Origin: a virus
IMG/VR virus record: IMGVR_UViG_3300045988_011651
Span: 1-56,208 of that record
Length of the DNA stretch: 56,208 bases
Reading direction: 5' to 3' (one strand)
Shown piece after piece: positions 34,714 to 42,340 of this stretch. Position 1 is the first letter of the stretch, and every line of letters begins with the position of its first letter. The notes beneath the pieces were generated by a model that was not told where the DNA came from, did not search any database, and saw only the letters and a list, made by a program, of their open reading frames with translations. A program made the position numbers and the translations under genes.

Positions 34714-35888
34714 AATATGCCGTTGATAGTGGTATTCTCGACATAGCACTTGTGCAGAAACAAGTCACTATGCAAAAGAGAGAAAAATTACTCAACAAAA
34801 ATCCCTATAAAATCTATCAAGGAAAGGATGAGAACTGGTACTCATATCTGCCGGATGAAGTAAAAGGCAGACGTAAAATCAAGGCAAAGCGTAGAGAAGC
34901 GGTCGAGCAGAAAATCATTGATTATTGGAAAGAGAGAGAGGATGACCCCTCGATAGAGGAAATCTTCAACCGTTGGATTTCACAAAAGCTAGAACTTGAA
35001 GAAATTAGCAGGGCAACCTATGACAGATACTTAATGGACTTTCAAAGATACTTTGACGGTATCAAGGATAAGAGAATCAAAGGGATAGACGAATGCGAAC
35101 TTGAAACGTTCATACGAAATAGCATCCATGATTTCAATATGACTTCCAAGGCATTCTCAAATTTCCGGACACTGATCTATGGAATCTTTAAATATGCCAA
35201 GCGGAAGAAGTATGTCAAGTTTTCCATTACATACACGCTGAAAGACATGGATATATCGCCAAAAGCGTTTAAGCACGTAGTCCGACAGGCAAAAGATCAA
35301 GTATATATGCCGGATGAAAAGGAACGCATGGAGATGTACTTAAGAAATCACTTGGATATTGTCAACCTTGGATTGTTATTCATGTTTAAGACAGGAGTTC
35401 GTGTCGGGGAATTGTCGGCATTAAAGCGGAAAGATGTTGAAAACTACACGGTTGCAATCAATTCTACAGAAACACGTTACCGGGATGATGATGGTTTTCA
35501 CTATGAGGTCAAAGATTTTCCGAAATCAGAAGCCGGATTGCGATTTGCCATATTGCCGGATAAGTACAAATGGATTCTTGATGAAGTACGAAAGAGAAAT
35601 CCCTTCGGGGAATATCTATTCGAGAGAGACGGAGAACGGTTGAAGTCCTATAACTTTCGTGAACGTTTGCGGTATATCTGTGAACATGAACTGCGAATGA
35701 AAGTGAAATCTCCGCACAAAATCCGAAAGACATATGGAAGTATCTTGCTTGACGGAAAAGTGAAAGAGTCCACAATCCTTGATACCATGGGGCATACAGA
35801 CATTAGTTGCACAAAAGATCATTATTATTTTGATCGTACCGGAATTGAGGAAAAGAGACAGGAACTTGGCTTAATTGAAGCATTATAA
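34692..35888 (+). CDS. int: tyrosine integrase
   Basis: 398 aa. GVRVGELSAL (Arg I), HKIRKTYGS (H-x-x-R) and MGHTDISCTKDHYYF (His/Tyr). TTG start as in the ORF track. Confidence 0.9.
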   Translation: MDEKELLKYAVDSGILDIALVQKQVTMQKREKLLNKNPYKIYQGKDENWYSYLPDEVKGRRKIKAKRREAVEQKIIDYWKEREDDPSIEEIFNRWISQKLELEEISRATYDRYLMDFQRYFDGIKDKRIKGIDECELETFIRNSIHDFNMTSKAFSNFRTLIYGIFKYAKRKKYVKFSITYTLKDMDISPKAFKHVVRQAKDQVYMPDEKERMEMYLRNHLDIVNLGLLFMFKTGVRVGELSALKRKDVENYTVAINSTETRYRDDDGFHYEVKDFPKSEAGLRFAILPDKYKWILDEVRKRNPFGEYLFERDGERLKSYNFRERLRYICEHELRMKVKSPHKIRKTYGSILLDGKVKESTILDTMGHTDISCTKDHYYFDRTGIEEKRQELGLIEAL

Positions 35889-35894
35889 GTCCCT

Positions 35895-36057
35895 AGTACT
35901 CAAAGGTACTCAAAGAAAAATTGAAAGAATGGCTATTTTAAGCCATTTCAAGGCAATCACTCTAGGGTTCGATTCCCGTACGGACTGTTTTAAAAGTCGC
36001 ATAAACACTGTGTTTGCGGCTTCTTAAAAAAATTGGTACTCAAAATGGTACTCAAAA
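35895..36057. other. attP region: four GGTACTCAAA arm repeats flanking a tRNA T-arm-like core
   Basis: (A/G)GTACTCAAA x2 at 35895-35914 and GGTACTCAAAA x2 at 36035-36057. The core GGGTTCGATTCCCGTACGGACTG (about 35965-35987) looks like a tRNA 3' end. Confidence 0.6.
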
Positions 36058-36122
36058 ACTGAATACAAAAGAAAGGAGTCTGCGCAAGTGCTTTAGATTC
36101 TTTTCTGAAAATGGTAGACTTG

Positions 36123-36146
36123 GAACGCTTTGGGCGTTCTTTTTTT
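36123..36146 (+). terminator. rho-independent terminator
   Basis: GAACGC-tttgg-GCGTTC followed by TTTTTTT. Confidence 0.75.
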
Positions 36147-36222
36147 ATGCGGTTTTTCTGCTTATTTTTTGCGGAAGAACCGTATTTTTTTATGCAAAAA
36201 TATAAGCATAGGAGGGATGCGG

Positions 36223-36375
36223 AATGTTATTTACAGATGAAATTCTTGAAAAAATATTAACAAGAGAAGATGTGTCAAAGGTTCCGCTTGTGTATCAGTC
36301 AGCAATGATTCACGCAATCAAGGAAGTATTGGAGGAAGAGAATGTATCAGATGCAAAATCAGAATATGGCATTTA
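36223..36375 (+). CDS. 50-aa hypothetical protein (below the ORF-track cutoff)
   Basis: MLFTDEILEKILTREDVSKVPLVYQSAMIHAIKEVLEEENVSDAKSEYGI behind AGGAGGGA. Confidence 0.4.
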
Positions 36376-36818
36376 ACCCAAACCCAAGCTATGCCGCATA
36401 TCAGTATAACCCAATGCAGAGGTTTCAACAGCCAGAGCCACAGATTCCGCAGATGCAACCGCAGTTTCTTGGAATCCAAGGAAAAGTAGTGCAGTCGGAA
36501 TCGGCAATCATGGCAAATGATGTGCCTATGGATGGAAGCGTTGCGTTTTTCCCAATGCAGGACATGAGCGCAATCGTAGCAAAACAATGGGATGCCAACG
36601 GAACAATCAGAAAAACCGTTTACAAGCCTTTTAATGAGCAGATGGCAGATTCTTCAAGCGATGATAAAAGAATTGAAATAGGGCTATCTGATGATGCGAC
36701 AAAGGCTATTACTGACAAGTTGGATTGCTTGTTTGGAAAGATGGAAGAGTTGGAAGATAAGTTATCTTCACAAACGCAAAGAAAATCTTCACGAACACAA
36801 AAGGAGAGTGAGTCTTAA
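36342..36818 (+). CDS. hypothetical protein with Q/N/P/M/Y-rich N-terminus
   Basis: MYQMQNQNMAFNPNPSYAAYQYNPMQRFQQPEPQIPQMQPQ..., then a globular part IQGKVVQSESAIMANDVPMDGSVAFF... RBS GGAGGAAGAG. Confidence 0.65.
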   Translation: MYQMQNQNMAFNPNPSYAAYQYNPMQRFQQPEPQIPQMQPQFLGIQGKVVQSESAIMANDVPMDGSVAFFPMQDMSAIVAKQWDANGTIRKTVYKPFNEQMADSSSDDKRIEIGLSDDATKAITDKLDCLFGKMEELEDKLSSQTQRKSSRTQKESES

Positions 36819-37045
36819 TGAATCCTATGCAGATGTTACAGGGAATGAGAAACCCACAGCAGTTTTTACAACAAATGATGGGGAATAACAACGTAATGAG
36901 CAACCCTATGGCTAGAAATGCTATGCAGATGGCACAGAAGGGAGATTCCAAGGGCATTGAGCAAATGGCTAGGAATTTGTGCAAAGAAAAGGGAATTGAC
37001 GCAGATAAGGCTTTTGAGTCGTTTAAAAGCCAATTAGGAATGTGA
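36818..37045 (+). CDS. Met/Gln/Asn-rich 75-aa protein
   Basis: 12 Met in 75 aa by my count (MNPMQMLQGMRNPQQFLQQMMGNNNVMSNPMARNAMQMAQKGD...). TAATG overlap with the upstream gene. Confidence 0.65.
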   Translation: MNPMQMLQGMRNPQQFLQQMMGNNNVMSNPMARNAMQMAQKGDSKGIEQMARNLCKEKGIDADKAFESFKSQLGM

Positions 37046-37098
37046 TACTAATTCTTGCAAGATTATGTATATAAAAATGAATTATGGAGGTAAATTCT

Positions 37099-37860
37099 AT
37101 GTTTAACACAGGTAATTGTGCATCCGTTCCGCTTGTCGCGAACATTGACGGAAACGGAAATAACAACGGATGGGGCGCAGAAGGCTCATGGTTATGGTTC
37201 ATTATCGTTATCTTCGCTATCTTCGGATGGGGTGGATTCGGTAACGGATTCGGAGGAAACGGAATGAATGGTGGTGTCGGAAGTGAAATCCAGCGCGGAT
37301 TTGATAATCAGGCGGTTGTGTCAAAGCTTGACGGAATTACAAACGGAATTTGCGACGGATTCTATGCAGTGCAAACCGGCATGAATGGCATCAACACAAA
37401 CATTTTGCAGACCGGATTCGGCATTCAGCAGGCTATCAATGCTGATACAGTCGCTAACATGCAGAATACAAATGCATTGCAGTCACAGCTTGCTAACTGT
37501 TGCTGTGAAACAAGAGAAGCTATCCAAGGCGTAAACTACAACATGGCAACTAACACTTGCGCACTGCAGAACACCATGAACAGCAACACGAGAGACATTA
37601 TCGACAGTCAGAATGCAGGAACACGCGCTATTCTTGATTATCTCTGCAATGAGAAAATTTCTAGCTTACAGGCAGAAAATAACGACCTTCGCAGAGCAGC
37701 TTCACAGGATCGTCAGAGCGCACTGCTTACAACTCAGATGGCGGCTCAGACACAGCAGATTATCAATGCGGTAAATCCGTCTGCTATTCCGGCATATGTT
37801 GTACCTAACCCAAATGCTTATGCATATGGATGCGGATGCAACACAGGATGTAACTGCTAA
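37099..37860 (+). CDS. membrane-anchored Gly/Asn-rich, Cys-cluster coiled-coil protein
   Basis: In-frame ATG 37099, 7 nt after GGAGGT. TM segment WLWFIIVIFAIFGWGGFGNGFGG. Central N/Q/T-rich helices with CCC. C-terminus YGCGCNTGCNC. Confidence 0.7.
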   Translation: MFNTGNCASVPLVANIDGNGNNNGWGAEGSWLWFIIVIFAIFGWGGFGNGFGGNGMNGGVGSEIQRGFDNQAVVSKLDGITNGICDGFYAVQTGMNGINTNILQTGFGIQQAINADTVANMQNTNALQSQLANCCCETREAIQGVNYNMATNTCALQNTMNSNTRDIIDSQNAGTRAILDYLCNEKISSLQAENNDLRRAASQDRQSALLTTQMAAQTQQIINAVNPSAIPAYVVPNPNAYAYGCGCNTGCNC

Positions 37861-37930
37861 AACTAAATAATTGAGTATCTTAATTGAGTTTAACTCAATC
37901 ATGTCTGCTATGCAGTATTACTTATAATCA

Positions 37931-37962
37931 AAGGGCAGACTATAATGTTTGCCCTTATTCTT
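37931..37962 (+). terminator. hairpin, weak terminator
   Basis: AAGGGCA-N12-TGCCCTT followed by ATTCTT. Confidence 0.4.
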
Positions 37963-37982
37963 ATGAAAGAGAGGTAAAAATA

Positions 37983-38402
37983 ATGGAAGTAACAGGAATT
38001 GCATTACAAACCGTTGCTGCCGGAGAAGATGTGGCATTCACAGAAACAGCAGTGAACGGAACAAAATGTATCGTACACAGACAGGGAAGCGGAATTGTTA
38101 AGTTAAGAGGTATCACCAATCAGTGCAAAGCTAGATTTTTGGTATCGTATTCTGGAAACATTCAGATTCCGACAGGCGGCACAGTTGGAGAGATTTCACT
38201 TGCAATCGCGGTTGATGGAGAGCCTTTGCAGTCAACAAAGATGATCGTAACGCCTGCGGCAGTTGAGAATTTCTTTAATGTATCAGCACAGGCATATGTT
38301 GATGTACCTTGCGGTTGTTGCAGTACCGTAGCCGTGCAGAATACGTCCACGCAGGCTATCGAGGTGCAGAACAGTAATTTGATTGCAGTAAGGGAGGCTT
38401 GA
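37983..38402 (+). CDS. beta-rich 139-aa protein, possible C1q/TNF-like (BclA C-terminal-like) jelly roll
   Basis: In-frame ATG 37983 behind GAGAGGTAAAAA. Alternating beta pattern ...FLVSYSGNIQIPTGGTVGEISLAIAVDGEPLQSTKMIVTP...TVAVQNTSTQAIEVQNSNLIAV. The fold call is from memory only. Confidence 0.5.
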   Translation: MEVTGIALQTVAAGEDVAFTETAVNGTKCIVHRQGSGIVKLRGITNQCKARFLVSYSGNIQIPTGGTVGEISLAIAVDGEPLQSTKMIVTPAAVENFFNVSAQAYVDVPCGCCSTVAVQNTSTQAIEVQNSNLIAVREA

Positions 38403-38406
38403 TATT

Positions 38407-39087
38407 ATGCATAAATTTGCGAAACAGATTATGGATTGCGTGAAAGCCCACGTTGACGGCATTGGAATTGAGAATTTTGAAGGTCAAAACCTTGATGATC
38501 TCAAGGATTGGACGGAGATTGCAAAGAACATCGTATGCTTTGACAAAGACTATAACATTGTTGAGGCCATGAAAAAGTCTGAAGATGAAGAAATCATGCG
38601 CATGGCGGAAGAATTTGGGGATTATCCGGGAAGAAGATACTACAATGAGTACCGGTACTCAAATGGAAGATTCGCACCGAAAGGGCGTGGAACACGCAGA
38701 GGATATGTAGAACCACCATATTACCATCAGATGCCGGAAGATTACCACGAATGGGAAAATATGCCGGAATACGACCGAATGAGAGACCTTGACAGAATGA
38801 GTATGGGAAAGATGTATTATTCAGAGCCTATGAGCGGAAATAACGGCATGAGTACCGGTACTCACGATGCAAGAGAGGGCAGAGCCGGTATGAGCCGGAG
38901 AAGCTACATGGAAACAAAGGAAATGCATAACGGAAATTCACCGGAAGATAAGGACGCAAAGATGAAAGAACTTGAAAAGTACATGAAATCTCTTTCGGAA
39001 GATGTGACCGAACTGTTTTCCGGTATGTCCCCAGAAGAGAAACAGTTGACCAAGACAAAGCTGACTACGCTTGTCACGAAAATGTAA
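38407..39087 (+). CDS. Tyr/Arg/Met/Glu-rich low-complexity protein
   Basis: GRRYYNEYRYSNGRFAPKGRGTRRGYVEPPYYHQMPEDYHEWENMPEYDRMRDLDRMSMGKMYY... Confidence 0.65.
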   Translation: MHKFAKQIMDCVKAHVDGIGIENFEGQNLDDLKDWTEIAKNIVCFDKDYNIVEAMKKSEDEEIMRMAEEFGDYPGRRYYNEYRYSNGRFAPKGRGTRRGYVEPPYYHQMPEDYHEWENMPEYDRMRDLDRMSMGKMYYSEPMSGNNGMSTGTHDAREGRAGMSRRSYMETKEMHNGNSPEDKDAKMKELEKYMKSLSEDVTELFSGMSPEEKQLTKTKLTTLVTKM

Positions 39088-39090
39088 TAG

Positions 39091-39115
39091 AGAGGGCATT
39101 TTGCCCTCTTTGTTT
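39091..39115 (+). terminator. rho-independent terminator
   Basis: AGAGGGC-atttt-GCCCTCT followed by TTGTTTG. Confidence 0.7.
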
Positions 39116-39128
39116 GCGAGGTGGTAAA

Positions 39129-39446
39129 TTGTTCACGATAAACAATGAAATATGGAATTTGGTCAAAGTATCGCGTTACAGCGATATGCTACAGAGAAGT
39201 GATGGAAGCAGGACGGTAGGAATGACCGACAGGGACACGAAAACGATATATCTTGCGGATGATTTGCGCGGAAGGTTCCTTGACCGTGTGTTGTGCCACG
39301 AATTATGCCATGCGTTCTGTCTTTCGTATAATGTATACATGGATATTGATACAGAGGAAATTGTAGCAGACTTTTTGGCTACATACGGAAGAGAAGTGTT
39401 TGAAATAGCAGACAGACTATTGATTGAACTTATGGAGGTTGCATAA
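39129..39446 (+). CDS. HExxH metallopeptidase-like protein (ImmA/IrrE- or SprT-like)
   Basis: TTG 39129 after GAGGTGG. LDRVLCHELCHAF zinc-binding motif. Confidence 0.5.
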   Translation: MFTINNEIWNLVKVSRYSDMLQRSDGSRTVGMTDRDTKTIYLADDLRGRFLDRVLCHELCHAFCLSYNVYMDIDTEEIVADFLATYGREVFEIADRLLIELMEVA

Positions 39447-39604
39447 TGGATAAAATTTCAGAACTCTTACAGTACGTGCACCGGACGAATCCGGAAATGA
39501 CTAGGGAAAAGCTGATAGAAGAGTTGAGTAAAAGTGACTATGCGGCGCGGTCTTTGATTTTCACGAAAGAAAATTTTTCCCGCGCCCCCAAAAATATTTC
39601 GTAA
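39446..39604 (+). CDS. 52-aa hypothetical protein (below the ORF-track cutoff)
   Basis: MDKISELLQYVHRTNPEMTREKLIEELSKSDYAARSLIFTKENFSRAPKNIS. TAATG overlap with the upstream gene. Confidence 0.35.
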   Translation: MDKISELLQYVHRTNPEMTREKLIEELSKSDYAARSLIFTKENFSRAPKNIS

Positions 39605-39839
39605 TTTTTTTGTACCCCCCTGGGGTAGCGTTTTAGGGTCGAGATTCCATTTTCACGGATTCTCAAAAACGTGTAACAAACGTGCAATTATCTGCGACAT
39701 TCCGCAAATAACACAAATACACCATATATTATGCTATATATAGATAATTCATTTATGATATTTGATGATATTGCCGATCACAGGCAAACGCCAGAAGACG
39801 CTTGCCCGGCTGTAGTTATAGTCTAGCATAGACCGCATT

Positions 39840-40085
39840 TTACCACTTGTCAAGATAGTTTTTCCCGTCGTACCGGCTGTAAGTGTGTGTTATGTTTTCC
39901 GGTCTTTGCGTGATCTGCATCCAGTCACCGCCACGCTGGGCGGTTATTTTGATTTTTGCAGACTCCACCCATTCCACGCCCTCGAATTTCGAGTAGCCAC
40001 ACGTTTTGCCAGATATTTCCGGATAGCCAAGAGCAGACACCCGGCGCATTATTTCTCTTTTTCCGATATACTCATATTTTCCCAT
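39840..40085 (-). CDS. hypothetical protein
   Basis: 81 aa. Last gene of the GC-rich minus-strand operon. Overlaps the upstream gene by 14 nt. Confidence 0.55.
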   Translation of the reverse strand: MGKYEYIGKREIMRRVSALGYPEISGKTCGYSKFEGVEWVESAKIKITAQRGGDWMQITQRPENITHTYSRYDGKNYLDKW

Positions 40086-40239
40086 CTTTCATGCCTCCAG
40101 ACGTTCCGCGCTCACTCATGCATATATCTCTGCATCCGTCGCGCGTTAATTGGTTTATAATTAACCATGCTTGCATATCCCCATACGCCACCCGGCGCAC
40201 GGCTTGCCCGTTGTGATCGGCTTTAATATCGTAGGTCAT
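40072..40239 (-). CDS. 55-aa hypothetical protein
   Basis: In-frame ATG at 40239 behind TAAGGAGGTATAAG. Confidence 0.5.
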   Translation of the reverse strand: MTYDIKADHNGQAVRRVAYGDMQAWLIINQLTRDGCRDICMSERGTSGGMKDGKI

Positions 40240-40383
40240 ACACTTATACCTCCTTATATCGTGTTTATTTGTCAATGTGCGCGTGAGAACCAGTTCTCAC
40301 GGAATCCACGCCGCCGGAATCGGACCGGCTCACAACGCCACCAGGCACGCGGAAAGAGGCGGAAGAGTACCGCCCTAAGTGCT

Positions 40384-40713
40384 TTATTTTGCTTTTTTAA
40401 CCGATATAATACGATCGTCGGTTTTATCCTTTGGCGTTCCGTTGTCGCTGATCTTAACAATAACTTTCTGACCGTCTTTAAAGTGTGCGTCTGTGTCCGT
40501 GTCGGACATTTCCCAGATGTTCCCATCTGCGGTATAAATGTCAAATCCTTTTCCAGTCAGCCTTTCGCCGTCCTCGTAGGTATAGGTATAACTAAAATTC
40601 CGTACGGTTCCGCGCACTTTGTAGGTGCGCGCGGCCTTTGCTTCCGTTGTTGCTGGTGCAAGGTTTACAAGGGTAACTGCAGCTAATACAATGGCTAAGA
40701 TTTTCTTTTTCAT
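40384..40713 (-). CDS. secreted small protein (signal peptide)
   Basis: In-frame ATG at 40713 behind AATGGAGGAAA. MKKKILAIVLAAVTLVNLAPATTEA signal. Confidence 0.6.
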   Translation of the reverse strand: MKKKILAIVLAAVTLVNLAPATTEAKAARTYKVRGTVRNFSYTYTYEDGERLTGKGFDIYTADGNIWEMSDTDTDAHFKDGQKVIVKISDNGTPKDKTDDRIISVKKAK

Positions 40714-40796
40714 GTTTATTTCCTCCATTCATTGTGCGCCCTGTCTCATCGGTGCAGGTGGGGCAGTTCCTGCAGACCGCCAAGCGGCGGTTTCGA

Positions 40797-41186
40797 CTAT
40801 TCGCAAATTCTGCGGAAAATTTCAATTGTAAGTTCTGCAGCAGCTCTTTTTCTGTCGGACGTGTAGCCGTGGCGCTTGCTTTTTAATGCTTTTTCTGCTT
40901 GCTTAAGATTTCCAACTCCCCATGATGCCGCTTTATCAAGTTTTTTCCATTCGTCCGGTGTAACTTTTACGGCTTTAAGTGTTGCCGTGTTGATCTCGTA
41001 ATTGTCTTTGTCTTCCGGGTGTAAATCTTCGCAAACCGGAATATATTCATGCGTTCCCATGTTTTCGCCGATATTCCAGACAAAAAAGCGAACAGGGATT
41101 TTCTCAACGATTTCAAAAATATCAGTTTTTTCACAAAGTGTAGAAGTGCTATAAATTTTGTTGTTTTCAAATTTTAACGTTTTCAT
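40797..41186 (-). CDS. hypothetical protein
   Basis: 129 aa, same orientation as its neighbours. Confidence 0.55.
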   Translation of the reverse strand: MKTLKFENNKIYSTSTLCEKTDIFEIVEKIPVRFFVWNIGENMGTHEYIPVCEDLHPEDKDNYEINTATLKAVKVTPDEWKKLDKAASWGVGNLKQAEKALKSKRHGYTSDRKRAAAELTIEIFRRICE

Positions 41187-41263
41187 ATTTTCCCTTTCTG
41201 GTCTGCCATCATCAGAGCCGGGTGACCATCCCGCGGCTGACGCTCCAGATCGGAGCGTTTCGG

Positions 41264-41404
41264 CTATTGCTGACTATTTAATTCAATGCATTTCCGGTTG
41301 CAATCCTCGATTGATCCGGTAAATACGATTTTGCCGTTTCCGTTGATTTTTTCGACAACACAAAATCCGAAATAGTCGTTATAAGTAATATAGTATTCTG
41401 CCAT
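41264..41404 (-). CDS. 46-aa hypothetical protein (below the ORF-track cutoff)
   Basis: MAEYYITYNDYFGFCVVEKINGNGKIVFTGSIEDCNRKCIELNSQQ behind GAGGAGGTG. Confidence 0.5.
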   Translation of the reverse strand: MAEYYITYNDYFGFCVVEKINGNGKIVFTGSIEDCNRKCIELNSQQ

Positions 41405-41407
41405 GTT

Positions 41408-41569
41408 CTACACCTCCTCAATATATATTCTTTCTTCTGATCCGGTTTCGTCATCCTCATAAATTCCGTTGAAATCATCGAACCATCTTTCGGCTGCGTT
41501 GTGATTGTACGTCTCGCCGCCAAGAAGAACTCGTCCGGTTTCCGTTACAAGTCTGTATTTCTTTTCCAT
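41408..41569 (-). CDS. 53-aa hypothetical protein (below the ORF-track cutoff)
   Basis: MEKKYRLVTETGRVLLGGETYNHNAAERWFDDFNGIYEDDETGSEERIYIEEV behind AGAGAGGAAAA. First gene of the minus operon. Confidence 0.5.
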   Translation of the reverse strand: MEKKYRLVTETGRVLLGGETYNHNAAERWFDDFNGIYEDDETGSEERIYIEEV

Positions 41570-41608
41570 GTTGTTTTCCTCTCTTTCTGTGCTTCATTTG
41601 ATACTTGT

Positions 41609-41637
41609 ATTATACAAAAATTAAGCACTAATGTATA
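41609..41637 (-). promoter_or_regulatory. leftward promoter (TATACA-17-TATAAT on the minus strand) with an operator motif in its spacer
   Basis: The plus strand reads attata(41609-14)-N17-tgtata(41632-37). TTAAGCACTAA copy 1 (41621-31) lies in the spacer. Confidence 0.5.
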
Positions 41638-41711
41638 TTGACAAAACATACAAAATTAAGCACTAATATTATATTAGAAATTGTGCATTATTATTAAGCA
41701 CTAATTAAGTA

Positions 41712-41740
41712 TTGACAATTAAGCACTAACTATATATAAT
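41712..41740 (+). promoter_or_regulatory. consensus promoter TTGACA-17-TATAAT (cassette 1)
   Basis: TTGACAaTTAAGCACTAActataTATAAT, with the operator inside the spacer. It drives the RHH gene. Confidence 0.7.
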
Positions 41741-41768
41741 GTAAGAAAAAATACGGAGGTGTAGAAAG

Positions 41769-41960
41769 ATGGACGAAAACACAAAAGCAGAAAAGAACAG
41801 ACAAGCAGTAAAGAAATGCATGAGCAACAAAGACAGAATAAACATTATATTGCCACTTGGAACAATAGAAAGAATCAACTCATACGGATTAAAAACAAGC
41901 GCATTTGCTAGAGAATTGATTCTTGCGGAACTCGATAAAATGGATAGAATGAAAAAATAA
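41769..41960 (+). CDS. ribbon-helix-helix (CopG/Arc-like) regulator
   Basis: 63 aa. ...DRINIILPLGTIERINSYGLKTSAFARELILAELDKM is a beta-strand/helix/helix pattern. Flanked by the duplicated promoter-operator cassettes. Confidence 0.6.
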   Translation: MDENTKAEKNRQAVKKCMSNKDRINIILPLGTIERINSYGLKTSAFARELILAELDKMDRMKK

Positions 41961-41983
41961 TAAATTAAGCACTAATTAAGTAT

Positions 41984-42012
41984 TGACAATTAAGCACTAA
42001 CTATATATAATG
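41984..42012 (+). promoter_or_regulatory. consensus promoter TTGACA-17-TATAAT (cassette 2, identical copy)
   Basis: Same 52-bp sequence as cassette 1. It drives 42066.. and 42341.. Confidence 0.7.
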
Positions 42013-42065
42013 TAATCAGATCAAGAAATAGAGCAAAGGCGAAAGCCAAGAAAGGGGAACGGCAT

Positions 42066-42323
42066 ATGTTAAAATTAGAAAATTTGAAGAGTAAGAAGGA
42101 GAACGGAATTACCTTGTATTTTTATGCAGGGTTGGGTTGGGTAACCGCAGAACGGTTGAGCCAGCCGGACGTTGCAGAGAACGAAGCAGTCAAAGATTTT
42201 GATTGCAATCCGGAAAATTCCAGAAAGTGCTCCGACTGCCCGCACAACCAAAATTTTTCGGATTGGCAAGACAAATTGCCGTGCGGTCAATGGCACTGTT
42301 GGGTTGACGTAACTTGCAAATAA
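42066..42323 (+). CDS. hypothetical Cys-rich protein
   Basis: 85 aa. CNPENSRKCSDCPH...CGQWHCWVDVTC. Confidence 0.6.
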   Translation: MLKLENLKSKKENGITLYFYAGLGWVTAERLSQPDVAENEAVKDFDCNPENSRKCSDCPHNQNFSDWQDKLPCGQWHCWVDVTCK

Positions 42324-42340
42324 GGGAAGGAGAACGGAAT

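Larger units (their letters stand above)
41621..42001. repeat. six copies of the 11-mer TTAAGCACTAA (putative RHH operator)
   Basis: Copies at about 41621, 41656, 41694, 41719, 41966 and 41991. The last four lie in two identical 52-bp cassettes (about 41693-41744 and 41965-42016). Confidence 0.8.

Noticed and set aside
40171-40831. Plus-strand ORFs of 171 and 68 aa in the GC-rich block.
   Set aside because: They are antisense to three minus-strand genes with strong RBSs and a signal peptide. Their Arg/Cys/Phe-rich composition is typical of GC-rich antisense frames.
41278-41523. The 81-aa minus-strand ORF from the track.
   Set aside because: It has a TTG start without an RBS. Two shorter ORFs in other frames (41408..41569 and 41264..41404) each have strong GGAGG-type RBSs and ATG starts and tile the region without a gap.
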